Origin: Octopus bimaculoides
Lineage: Eukaryota
Direction of reading: 5' to 3'
Assembly: GCF_001194135.2 (NCBI RefSeq)
Contig: NC_069001.1
Coordinates: 10,169,778-10,205,827, forward strand
DNA length: 36,050 bases
The notes below the pieces were generated by a model. That model did not search any database. It was not told where the DNA came from and was given only the letters and a program-made list of their open reading frames with translations. This document shows positions 22,932-34,665 of this stretch, in pieces (the stretch's first letter is position 1; every line of letters starts with the position of its first letter). Position numbers and translations under genes: made by a program.

Positions 22932-23519
22932 CCCCTATTTCTCTCCCTTAACTTTTCATTTCGCACGTCGTTTCCTGCAACTACTTCCTAACCGAACAAC
23001 GACGACGATGTATACCTCTCCCTGCACATACCATCCTATGTGTTACTCTGTTACTATACTTTTGTCAGTACCAACAACATTTTCCAAACCACCGCCGTCA
23101 CCGACAAAATACATCAGCCACGTCATAAACATTGACTTGAATACGACACCTATGAACAGCACCTCCTCAACGGATTCCTCCAACCACAGCTTGTTCTTCC
23201 GCAAAGATCCAATTTGAATGAGAAATAATGAGAGAGGGGATTACAGGTGTGTTACTCCCACTGGAAGAAGCAACAAATTCTCCCTTCTTTCCATAAATTT
23301 TACATTCAGTCTTCAATTTGACAACATTACATTAGATAAAACGGTCCAATTCGCACAAACTCACGCATATGCACTCGCATGCTTAAGCCTACGCTCAAAG
23401 CGCAACTCACAAGTCGTGTGTGCGTAGGTTACCTGTTTGTTTATTGAATCTATGTAAGCATATATATGTATATTATATATGTGTGTGTGTGGCTTTTATT
23501 TGCCACATATATATGTGTA

Positions 23520-23700
23520 TGTGTGTGTGTGTTTGTGTTGAAATTTACAGAAAAACAAAAGATGATGAAAGGTGAATTAACAACGAGGTAGGTGTATTTG
23601 TTTGACCCTCGGGAAATTCAAAAAGTCTTTTACGTTTCGAGCCTACGCTCTTCAACAGAAAGGAACACGATGAAATAAACAGAGAGGGAATAAAAACTTG
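23520..23700 (-). mobile_element. short repeat family C copy 3 (best-preserved hammerhead-like core)
   Basis: Core CTTTCTGTTGAAGAGCGTAGGCTCGAAACGTAAAAG at 23662-23627. Confidence 0.75.
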
Positions 23701-23860
23701 TGGATTTAGCGGTCAATCATGGCGACTGTATGGTCCGTGGGAAGAGCCATTCTAACAATGCGTCCTGCTCTAACTCTTCGAAACGCTTAGCTTTAGAATG
23801 GTGGCAGCTGATGAAGGAAAAGTTCTCTATGTGGCCTGTGTGTTTTCTGTACTACTTTTA

Positions 23861-23909
<49 letters not shown>

Positions 23910-23944
23910 CTATACCTACATGTATGCAAATATAGATATATATT

Positions 23945-23977
<33 letters not shown>

Positions 23978-24138
23978 CTGTGTGTGTGTGTGTAGCTAGA
24001 AAGATTGACACACAAACAGAGAAACAGCGAGAGAGAGAAACAAAGAGACAGATACACAGTCAGACAGACAGATAGATAGATAGATAGATAGATAGATATG
24101 CATGTATACTAATGTGATTAAAATTGGAAAATTAGATG

Positions 24139-24173
<35 letters not shown>

Positions 24174-24191
24174 NNNNNNNNNNNNNNNNNN

Positions 24192-24246
<55 letters not shown>

Positions 24247-24759
24247 AGGTCAGAAAAAGAGAGTAAGAGAGAAAAAACAAAACAATGAGTGGGTGAATGG
24301 AAGGTGAGTTAGTGTAAATATAAATTAAATGTGTTTCTTCAATATATTTGAAATTAATTCATAAAACCAGTTCAACTTGAAGCAAGGAATTGACTTGGGA
24401 TTATTGTCCCAGAATGAAAACAGGTAGAAAAGCAATCTATCATATCCTCCAATTTTATTCTTTAGTTATTTGTGGGTAAAAGAATATAAATCGATCTCTC
24501 TCTCTCTCTCTCCCAAGCCTCTCATTACAATCAATAAAATCATATACATATCTTTTCATCTTACATGATATGATATCATTTCTGTTTATACACTTCTCTA
24601 TCATTTTCAATCGTGGATATATATATATATATTTTTCATATATTTTAACACGATCTTTCAATTATTATCGTGTATGCGCACCTGCGTATACACGTAATAC
24701 ACGTATAAATTGATGTCTTTAACGTATGCTTGCGTGTCTATATATACGTATTTATAAGC

Positions 24760-24792
<33 letters not shown>

Positions 24793-24808
24793 TTCATANN
24801 NNNNNNNN

Positions 24809-24845
<37 letters not shown>

Positions 24846-25509
24846 TACGTATGTATTTGTGTATATGTTTATAGATATATAATTTTATGGGTGTATTCAG
24901 ATTGACATATGAAACTCTGATGTCATATATTCGTGCATTTGTGTTAATATGTATAAATGTGTATGCGTGTCTTATTCTCTGCGTGTATGTGATCTTGTGA
25001 GTGTGTGTATTGCGGTGTATACCTGTGGCCTTCTTTGTGTGTACGTGTGTGTGTGTATATATGTGCGTGTATAAGTGTCTATATATGTGTTTTTATATGC
25101 AAACATATGGTGATTCACTCATTCACAACTGTGTTAGTCAGACTAGTAATATCCTGTGTGAACAATCAGCTGCCATTTTGGAATAAAATTATATAAGAGC
25201 ACCACAATGGCGACCGTTGAATATCGGTCATTATGAAAATATCTATTTTATCGTTAAAACCATGTCACGTGGTTACAGTTTTGCAATCGATATGTTGAAT
25301 CCTTAAGATAAATCTAGGACAATTTATGGCCTACGTCCACCAATAAAGAGGCTGTATCTCCTGGCTTTATGTGATACAAATGTTGTCTCACATAAATTGT
25401 TTTACATCAGGAGTGAAGTACATGATCTGAAGGTATCCAGAGATATCCAAAAGGTCACAGCAGCAATCCTTTCTTCTTTATGGACACAAGCCTTGAAATT
25501 TGTGAGGAG

Positions 25510-25694
25510 TAGATCTATAGGATCTAGTGGGCGATATCAACCGGAGTGCTCGTTTGGTACTAATTTTATCGACCCGGGAAAGACAGAAAACGAAGTCGTT
25601 CACGATGGTATTCGAACTGAAAGTATAAAGAAGGACGAAATGCTGGTAAGGATTTCGTTCAGGGTATTAACGATTCTGTAAGCTTGCTGCCTTA
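25510..25694 (-). mobile_element. SINE family A, diverged
   Basis: TGGTACTAATTTTATCGACCC...TTAACGATTCTGTAAGCTTGCTGCCTT is the reverse complement of family A. Confidence 0.7.
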
Positions 25695-25707
25695 CGGGCC
25701 ACTGGAA

Positions 25708-25825
25708 AAGAACTTTCTATTCTAAGCTAAAGGCCTGAAATAATGGGGGAGAGTGACAGTCGGATGAATTAATTCCAGTGTTCGAATGAAAGGCAAAGTC
25801 GACATTGGCGGTATTTGAATTGAGT
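25708..25825 (-). mobile_element. SINE family A, internally deleted fragment
   Basis: GAATGAAAGGCAAAGTCGACATTGGCGGTATTTGAATTGAG plus the tail TTTCTATTCTAAGCTAAAGGCCTGAAA. Confidence 0.65.
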
Positions 25826-26010
25826 AGTCCAGTGTCTCTCCCGTAATTTTAAAGAAAATCTCACTGTGTGGCACCTAGGGGAAGTACGTACGAGACGAGT
25901 ATATGCATATATTCGCAATATGCATTCCTTTCTTGAAATTTTAGATCACACTAGTGAACTATCTCCCAAAATAATTATATTCTGGTGTAAGTATATATTT
26001 ATATTTGTGT

Positions 26011-26399
26011 AGTGGAGGCGCAATGGCCCAGTGGTTAGGGCAGCGGACTCACGGTCATAGGATCACGGTTTCGATTCCCACACCGGGCGTTGTGAGTGTT
26101 TATTGAGCGAAAACACCTAAAGCTCCACGAGGCTCCGGCAGGGGATGGTGGCGAACCTTGCTGTACTCTTTCACCACAACTTTCTCTCACTCTTACTTCC
26201 TGTTTCTGTTGTGCCTGTATTTCAAAGGACCGGCCTTGTCACACTGTGTCACGCTGAATATCCCCGAGAACTACGTTAAGGGTACGCGTGTCTGTGGAGT
26301 GCTCAGCCACTTGCACGTTAATTTCACGAGCAAGCTGTTCCGTTGATCGGATCAATTGGAACCCTCGACGTCGTAAGCGACGGAGTGCCAACAACAAAA
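26011..26399 (+). mobile_element. near-intact tRNA-derived SINE family D (octopus OR1/OK-like), 389 bp
   Basis: Consensus A-box TGGCCCAGTGG (26024-26034), B-box GTTTCGATTCC (26068-26078), 3' CAACAACAAAA tail and a 10-bp TSD ATATTTGTGT (26001-26010 / 26400-26409). The family name is from memory. Confidence 0.9.
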
Positions 26400-26516
26400 A
26401 TATTTGTGTGTGTATACACAATAATATATATATATTCCTTATCGCGTGCAGACATAAATATATATACATGTAAATATATACAGAACTATATATTGATACA
26501 TTTGTGTGTGTGGGTG

Positions 26517-26558
<42 letters not shown>

Positions 26559-27589
26559 GATGAGTGAAATACATATGTGATTTTAGCGATTTTCTATCAC
26601 CTGATCCAGAACACAGTATTGTTTAAACCTTATTTCACTTTCTCTCTGTGTCTCACTCACCCTCATTCCCAATACATCCCTATTAATTTATCAGCCACTA
26701 CTGCACTCATCACATTAAGTTATAAATTATTGCCTCAAATGGACGTTTAATAGGTGCCAATTGCTTTAAATCGCCAACAGTAGCATCTACAAATAGATCA
26801 GTGCTTTTACTGAGTTGAATATCTTCGTTTTATACGATCATTTTCACATTCACTCGATAAAACACAAAGAAAACGGAATGAGAGAGAATTGCATACAGAT
26901 AATCACAGACACTCTCTGTGTATTTGTCTTTGTTTTCCCTTTCGTTGACGTTATAGCTCAATCATTTATACATTGATATTTTTTTTTCCATTTGTCTGTT
27001 ATTCACGTAATATCTTGCAGTGAGTCGTCATATTGTCGAGTCTACAAGACAGGTTTTAGAAGTTGATTGTACTCCACATAGCGTACTGTATTTAAAAACA
27101 AATTGAAGGAAACGTCTGATAATGTGTTTAGATTATAATACACCTACCTACAACAGACAGTAAGAAAGCTTACGCATAGAATGGGAGATTTGGTCTCTTT
27201 TCTCTAACATGTTTTCCAAACAAGTATATCATATCTCTCCCATGCACCTTCTATGCATTACGCTACCAAGATTCATCGTAAGAACCTAATAGCACAGACA
27301 TCACTGGATGAGTACGAAATGTATATGAATTTCGTTTCACATGCTCAGTTTTAAGTTCATACACAGGGCGTGGGGTTTTGTACAAATCTCTTCCTGGGTC
27401 GTCTTATGTTCATCAATAAGTTGTGAAGGAGATTCGCTAAGAGAGTTTCTTGAGTGCATGTGTGTATTATATGAAAACAACAAAGAAACAAATCAAGGAG
27501 AGTGCAACAAGGGTGGCCACTTTGGAACACAGGTCTAAGTCATTTTTGCCAGCTAGGTAGACTAGAGTAATGTGAAATATAGCGTTTTG

Positions 27590-27668
27590 CTTAAAGACAC
27601 AGTGCGCAGTCGGAAATCGAACTAATGACCTTCCGATCTCGAGCCGAATGCACTAACCACCAAACTAT
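27590..27668 (-). mobile_element. tRNA-like SINE head
   Basis: Minus strand TGGTGGTTAGTGCATTCGGCTCGAGATCGGAAGGTCATTAGTTCGATTTCCGAC has A/B boxes but no complete cloverleaf. Confidence 0.6.
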
Positions 27669-27770
27669 TATGTTCTTGACAGTGACTTCCAATTCTCGGC
27701 CATCTGAGCCATGTTTAAGAATAATAATAAAATTAATGTAAAATTGATTTCGTTGGAAGTGAATATAGTT

Positions 27771-27914
27771 GAGTTCAAATTCCGCCGGGGTCAACTTTGC
27801 CTTTCATCATTTCGGAGTTGATGAAATAAGTACCAGTGAAACACTGGAGTCGTTGTGAGCAAATAGTCCCCTCCTCCAAATTTCAGGTCTTGTGCCTTCA
27901 GTAGAAAGGATTAT
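27771..27914 (+). mobile_element. SINE family A, 5'-truncated
   Basis: GAGTTCAAATTCCGCCGGGGTCAACTTTGCCTTTCATC...GTCTTGTGCCTTCAGTAGAAAGGATTAT. Confidence 0.85.
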
Positions 27915-28013
27915 AAGTGAATATAGCAACACACAATAACGCCCTTGCGATTCATCAGCGGCGATAATTAAGAGGACCTAACAGACACATTTACACTATA
28001 CACCTTATATTCG

Positions 28014-28846
28014 GACGTATCCCATGGATTAATTGAAGGTAATTTAGCTTCTATTTCTCTCAGTTCATCATACCTTCAAAAAGTTTTCTCTTTGGCTGTC
28101 GTATTCCTTGGATGAATTGAAGGTGATTTAATTGCTCTTTCTGTCAGCTCAAGATACCTTCTAAAAGTTTTCTCTTTGGCTGTTGTATTCCTTGGATGAA
28201 TTGAAGGTTATTTAGCTGCTATTTCTCTCAGCTCAAGATACCTTCTAAAAGTTTCCTCTTAGGCTGTCGTATTCCTTGGATGAATTGAAGGTAAATTAGC
28301 TGCTATTTCTTTCAGCTCAAGATGCTTTCTAAAAGTTTCCTCTTTGGTTGTCGTATTCCTTGGATGAATTGAAAGTGATTTAGCTGCTATTTCTCTCAGC
28401 TCAAGATACCTTCTAAAAGTTTGCTCTTTGGCTGTCGTATTCCTTGGATGAATTGAAGGTTATTTAGCTGCTATTTCTCTCAGCTCAAGATACCTTCTAA
28501 TAGTTTTCTCTTTGACTGTCGTATTCCTTGGATGAATTGAAGGTTATTTAGCTGCTATTTCTCTCCGCTCAAGATACCTTTTAAAAGTTTCCTATTTGAC
28601 TGTCGTATTCCTTGGATGAATTGAAGGTTATTTAGCTGCTATTTCTCTCAGCTCAAGATACCTTCTAAAGTTTTTCCCTTTGGCTGTCGTATTCCTTGGA
28701 TGAATTGAAGGTTATTTAGCTGCTATTTCTCTCAGCTCAAGATATCTTCTAAAAGTTTCCTCTTTGGCTGTCGTATTCCTTGGATGAATTGAAGGTTATT
28801 TAGCTACTATTTCTCTCAGCTCAAGATACCTTCTAAAACTTTTCTC
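28014..28846. repeat. 84-bp minisatellite, about 9.9 copies
   Basis: Units start at 28014, 28098, 28182, 28266, 28350, 28434, 28518, 28602, 28686 and 28770. Consensus GTCGTATTCCTTGGATGAATTGAAGGTTATTTAGCTGCTATTTCTCTCAGCTCAAGATACCTTCTAAAAGTTTCCTCTTTGGCT. Confidence 0.98.
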
Positions 28847-29289
28847 CCTGCTATTGTATTATTAGTACTAATGTTGTTGTTATTGTTATTGATACTGTTG
28901 TTGTTATTGTTGCTCTTTCTGTTGCCATTTATGAAATTTGATGTTGTTATGGCTCACATATTGCAAGCAAAGCATAATAAAGAATTTCGATTACGCAAAA
29001 TAACCAGAAGAAAAATATACAATGAATATGGATGGTAACAGCAAGCTTTATTTTACTATACTGCAAATAATTCTTAAGACTTTTTGAACAATTGTTCTGG
29101 ATTTTGATGTTGCATGTCTGAGTTAAATCTTAGTAGTCGTGTGCGGCGAGCCGTAAATCAATTGAAATCACATCCGTATTGTGAAGAATAACCATTATTT
29201 TCACAACTTTACACAAAGTAAAACAAGGCAGTGCATTCAATTTCAATTGAGGAAAGAATTAAATGGAAATATGCAGTGGCGAATGAAGA

Positions 29290-29455
29290 TGAATTTGTAG
29301 AATCGTTAGAAAGGAGGATAAAGTGTCTAGCGATATTTGGTACAGTACTCAGCGTTCCGAGTTCAAATTCGATCTAAAAGTCAATTTTCCTCTTTCCATA
29401 TTTCCAAATCTATAAATTAAAAGCCAGTCGAGGACGGAATTGTGATAGCATCGAA
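29290..29455 (+). mobile_element. SINE family A, very diverged
   Basis: GTAGAATCGTTAG...CGTTCCGAGTTCAAATTC...TATAAATTAAAAGCCAGT. Confidence 0.55.
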
Positions 29456-30448
29456 TTGAGATGCTCCGTGATATGTATACGACCGATTTGCGTTGTGAGT
29501 ACAAAAACTACCCTTGATTACGGCAAACTTTACTAAGGAGGAGGTACCCTATTCAACATTGCATAAAATCCAAGGCAGCTGAATTGATTTTCGACTCAAC
29601 AATGGTCAGGTTTCTCTGCTGCATCTGAGTTCTAGTCATTACGACAAAATAAGGATTAATGATTTTAAAGTTGAGTTTTGTTTTGAACTCCTAGATAATG
29701 TTAATCAATCGCCAATTAAACATACACAAACAACAGACAGACTTTGGCACATACACATATATATATATATATATATANNNNNNNNNNNNNNNNNNNNNNN
29801 NNNNNNNNNNNNNNNNNNNNNNNNNNNNNNNNNNNNNNNNNNNNNNNNNNNNNNNNNNNNNNNNNNNNNNNNNNNNNNNNNNNNNNNNNNNNNNNNNNNN
29901 NNNNNNNNNNNNNNNNNNNNNNNNNNNNNNNNNNNNNNNNNNNNNNNNNNNNNNNNNNNNNNNNNNNNNNNNNNNNNNNNNNNNNNNNNNNNNNNNNNNN
30001 NNNNNNNNNNNNNNNNNNNNNNNNNNNNNNNNNNNNNNNNNNNNNNNNNNNNNNNNNNNNNNNNNNNNNNNNNNNNNNNNNNNNNNNNNNNNNNNNNNNN
30101 NNNNNNNNNNNNNNNNNNNNNNNNNNNNNNNNNNNNNNNNNNNNNNNNNNNNNNNNNNNNNNNNNNNNNNNNNNNNNNNNNNNNNNNNNNNNNNNNNNNN
30201 NNNNNNNNNNNNNNNNNNNNNNNNNNNNNNNNNNNNNNNNNNNNNNNNNNNNNNNNNNNNNNNNNNNNNNNNNNNNNNNNNNNNNNNNNNNNNNNNNNNN
30301 NNNNNNNNNNNNNNNNNNNNNNNNNNNNNNNNNNNNNNNNNNNNNNNNNNNNNNNNNNNNNNNNNNNNNNNNNNNNNNNNNNNNNNNNNNNNNNNNNNNN
30401 NNNNNNNNNNNNNNNNNNNNNNNNNNNNNNNNNNNNNNNNNNNNNNNN

Positions 30449-30490
<42 letters not shown>

Positions 30491-30513
30491 GTAGCCTTTC
30501 CTTTCCGTAGTAG

Positions 30514-30607
30514 TTTGAATATGTGTCTAGGCTGATACTCATTGTACCAATGATTAATGACAATCGTAATTTGCATGAATCCGCAGATACTATACCTTTT
30601 ACCCCAG
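30514..30607 (+). other. candidate 94-nt exon (FEYVSRLILIVPMINDNRNLHESADTIPFTPG) or recursive splice site at 30607/30608
   Basis: Acceptor CCTTTCCTTTCCGTAGTAG| and consensus donor CAG|GTGAGT. The donor is itself preceded by a pyrimidine tract (TATACCTTTTACCCCAG). Confidence 0.35.
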
Positions 30608-30997
30608 GTGAGTCCCCATAGCACAGGCTATTGATCAGAGTCGTTCCATACCCGATTACACCGACATTTTGTACACCAATGACTAACATATCCAATGCGC
30701 ATGCGGCAACTTTTTCTTTCTGTTATAACTTCTTATATTGAAAAGAATGGCTTGCAATCTCGTACCTACAATTGAGTTGCTTCTTTGAGTTACTAGAACA
30801 AAATTGACGGTAGTTTATCAAGGAACTTTATCTTCTAAAATATATGATACGAAATTTTGTTTTACTTCAGCCGTTTGTTATTACGCCATGAAATATCACA
30901 CCATATTACAATCCGCTACTCCCGAAACTTACTAGCTTTGTGATAAATTGGAAACCATTAATATTACTATTGTCTCAATACAATTTATTATTGTGTT

Positions 30998-31139
30998 ATG
31001 GCGATATGGCAAAAACGATTAGCACAGCGGGCAATATGCCTAATGATATTTCGTTCTGAGTTTTTACGTTCTGAGTTTAAACTCCGCCATGGTCGACATT
31101 GCCTTTAATCCTTTCGGAGTCGATAACATATATACCAGT
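30998..31139 (+). mobile_element. SINE family A, diverged
   Basis: ACGATTAGCACAGCGGGCAATATGCC...GTTCTGAGTTTAAACTCCGCCATGGTCGACATTGCCTTTAATCCTTTCGGAGTCGATAA. Confidence 0.8.
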
Positions 31140-31549
31140 TGATCCCTAATGTCAATATAAGTGATTTAAGCTCTGCTTACCATTGTGCCCACCTTAGCAT
31201 TGCGCTATTCTTAGCAAAATGGCAAGCGGACTAATGATTCTGCCAGCTCGCCACCTGAAAGTATTACCTTTCCCAAAAAGCTTCTGTATTTGGTGATTGC
31301 AGTGCATTCAGTACAACAATATATGCACTAGATAACTTTCCTGCAAATTATCACACATCACAAGTGCATAACCTCCCGTTGCTTCGCTGCAACGAACAAT
31401 ATCCCTCTCACAACACAGAAGCAATGCGCCTCACACATCTACCCATTACTCATAAAATGCTGCACTCTGTTTCAGTTTTCCTCTACATCTGTATATGTAC
31501 TTGCATACACATACACACACATCGATATACATACATTTACACATATCTA

Positions 31550-31611
<62 letters not shown>

Positions 31612-31788
31612 AATAGATACACATAGATAGATAGATAGATAGATAGATTCATACATGCATACGTACATACTTGCACATCTACGCATATGTTTATATGTAT
31701 TTGAAACCCTTTTTCTCCAAACTAAATCAAGGGACTTTCAAATGCTAATCACTCAAGCTTTATTTTTCTCAGATGCAGAATATTCACC

Positions 31789-32021
31789 AAGTTTTAGAAG
31801 TTGAAAAGTTGAAACTAATTTTGGCTACTATTTCTAGCATCTCTTGGTTCTCATTAATTTTGTCCTCGTTGCCTTGCACATCGTTGTAGATATTTGAATT
31901 CCTTTGAAATATTTTCTTAAGCTTTAAAAATACTGATTTCTGTTTCACGTTCCTCCAGCTCAAATTACTGGGTTTAATTGCTTGAATCAAGGCTACGAAC
32001 TGAGTATACCATCTCATTTAA
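31789..32021 (-). CDS. candidate minus-strand exon containing the 77-aa ORF 32017-31784
   Basis: Acceptor TGTCTTTCTATTACTTTAG| at 32022, ATG 4 nt downstream, and donor-like TG|GTGAAT overlapping the ORF stop. Non-repetitive protein-like translation, not recognised. Confidence 0.2.
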
Positions 32022-32189
32022 CTAAAGTAATAGAAAGACATGACCGGATTTGACCCTACCACTTGCAGGTACAAACCTAAATACATCAAAACCTTTTGTC
32101 CGTACTAAAGCGGTTACTGGTCAACAGCATTGGCAGAATTTCATTAACAAACATTGTTCGAGGACATTTTTTCTCATGTCTGAATACAT

Positions 32190-32620
32190 ATTCTTTTATT
32201 CTTTTATTCATTTATTCTTTTATTTGTTTCAGTCATTTGACTGCGACCATGCTGGAGCACCACCTTTGATCGAACAAATCGATCTCAGGAGTTATTCTTT
32301 GTAAACCTAGTACTTATGTTATCGGTTCTCATGCCTAACCGCTGAGTTACGGGGATGTAAACACACCAGCATCGGTTGTCAGGCGATAGTAGGGGGAAAA
32401 ACAGAGATACAGAAACACACGCAAACAGACACACACACACATACACACATATATATATATACATACAACGGGCTTCTTTCAGGTTCCATCTACCAAATGC
32501 ACTCATAAGGCTTTGGTCAGCCCGAGGCCACAGTAGAAGACACTTGGTCAAGGTGCCACGCAGTGGGACTGAGCCGGAAACCATGGGGTTGGGAGGCAGG
32601 CTAGTCCCCACACAGAGAAT
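32190..32620 (-). mobile_element. SINE family B, near-full copy with internal (CA)n/(TA)n and (ATAAAAGA)n-like tail
   Basis: Head and CORE-like region at about 32470-32615, 3' domain at about 32228-32380, tail repeats TCTTTTAT at about 32191-32225. Confidence 0.85.
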
Positions 32621-32653
32621 CCTATATATATATATATATATATNNNNNNNNNN

Positions 32654-32692
<39 letters not shown>

Positions 32693-32811
32693 AGAGAGAG
32701 AGACAGACAGACAGACATATGTTTGTGGTTTGTGTGTGTGTGTGTCTTTTACCTCCCACCGCCGCTCTGGTGTTCCTTTGTTTACACTCGTAACTTGGCT
32801 GAAAGAAAAAG

Positions 32812-32900
32812 TACGGGGTCGATTCAGTCGACTAAGAATCCTTCAAGGTATCGCTCCAACATGGCCGCATTCTAGTGACTAAACCATGGAAAGGAAAAAC
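32812..32900 (+). mobile_element. SINE family B tail fragment
   Basis: GGGGTCGATTCAGTCGACTAAG...GCTCCAACATGGCCGCATTCTAGTGACTAAAC. Confidence 0.65.
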
Positions 32901-33765
32901 AAAAGATTTTTTAAAAATCAAGGAAACCGATCATGTGAGTGATCGACGTGAAATATATAATAAGAAAGCGACATGGTGCCTTGTAATTGAAGATAACAGG
33001 AAACACGAAGTAGTGAATCGAGAGAAAGACCGGGAGAGCGGAACGGCCAAAGGGAGATTATCTATCTCCTCTTGCTCTTTCCGTTTATATTTCGTGTGAG
33101 AATAAGTGTATGTGCGTATATGTATAGGTGAGTGTGTTTATGTCACTACGTCTACATGTGTATATGAGTGTGTATGGATGCGTGAGCGGACAACTGTATA
33201 TGTATTCGAACGAATTTTCGTATGCGATAAGATTACTTGTCCTAGACGATACAGTATGTTGTCCTATCTATTACTATAAAAACATTTGTTTACTACTCTG
33301 CTTGCATGCGTTTGAGCTACTCTTACGCCCTTGAGAATCACCAAGCGCAGACAGTCGCCATTTATGAGTTATTTCAGTTTGTATTAATCATGGCTTTTCC
33401 TGCTTTCTCTACGTTAAACGGCATCTTTCTCTCTTCGAACTCACTCCACACTTAAGACATGACTAAAACAAAATGTCTTAGATGAAAACTGATCGTGTTA
33501 TCCTCCGCCCCACGATCTTCATTTGTTTGTTTATATTTTGATTAGACATATATCTTGATTTTACAAAGAGCATGCTAATATGAGTCGATGATTTCTTTAT
33601 TTAATTTACGTTGTTGCTTTTCAATTCTAGATTCTACTAATTCCTCTGTTAACTGGGAAAAAAGACACCAGTTTCATAAACTTAAAGCAATTGGTGAAAG
33701 GCTATGTGACTCTGTATGTGTGTGCGTGAACGTACATATACATAACCCCCACACCCATATGTATG

Positions 33766-33808
<43 letters not shown>

Positions 33809-34629
33809 TAGTCAAAAATGTCTGCGAGTGCATGTGTATGCATATAGCTCCTTGGTCATGTGTTTGTAAATAAGTGCTTATGTGTGTGTGTATGTGTGTG
33901 TGTGTGCGTGTGTGTGCGTGTGTGTGTGTGTGTTTGTGGACGCGCGCGTGTGTGTGTCTGTGTGTTCTGCAGACGGGTCGTGTACAGTTCTCAAGCATCA
34001 CTTTGCTTCCATTTTAACCTTGCTGCCAATTCCATTTAGGCCATTAGCTGCTCGGCTAAATCATATTGCAGGACGCACACATACACGTCTCACACGTACA
34101 GGAAACTACAACCACATCAACGCACACACAAACACACACTCACACAATAACTCACATTTATCGATAGATAGGGAAAAGCTAGTTACGAAAGCTTGCTAAT
34201 GTAATAGGTGTGTAAACAGCGTCATAAACAGCCGCAACACATAATGCACTTGTTTTTGTATTTAGTTTACGATGAAACTTCTCCTTTTCGACGAATACAA
34301 GACTGATAAACATGAACGTGACTGAAATGTACAGTTTGTCGGCGAATGCCTACATCTAAACCATTACGTATCACACACGTGATCTCTAACACCAACAAAT
34401 ATACTCACATATATCTACCTATATACCTACATACATAGAAAGATACAAACATACGTACGTGCACGGATACATACATATATACGTAAACTTGTTTGTATAC
34501 GTATCTTAAAATTCTTTTTGTTTACTTTCCTTATCTTGAAACCCAAATCAAACCGCTTTGATTGAAATACCTATTAACGTTTCAGCCTTTTGTATTGTCG
34601 GCATCTATATGTTTCTATATTTGCATGTG

Positions 34630-34665
<36 letters not shown>

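Noticed and set aside
23770-23830. Second hammerhead on the plus strand (GAAACGC ... CTGATGAAGGAAAAGTTCT)
   Set aside because: The core halves are in the wrong order for a single ribozyme, and no GAAA follows the CTGATGA stem.
26014-26085. Genuine tRNA gene
   Set aside because: The tRNA-like head continues into a SINE body with tail and TSD, with no complete acceptor stem. The same applies to 27590-27668 and 12490-12560.
28014-28846. CRISPR array or intact 28-aa LRR-like coding repeat
   Set aside because: The units are contiguous with no unique spacers, no cas genes are present, the context is eukaryotic, and the consensus has stops in all six frames.
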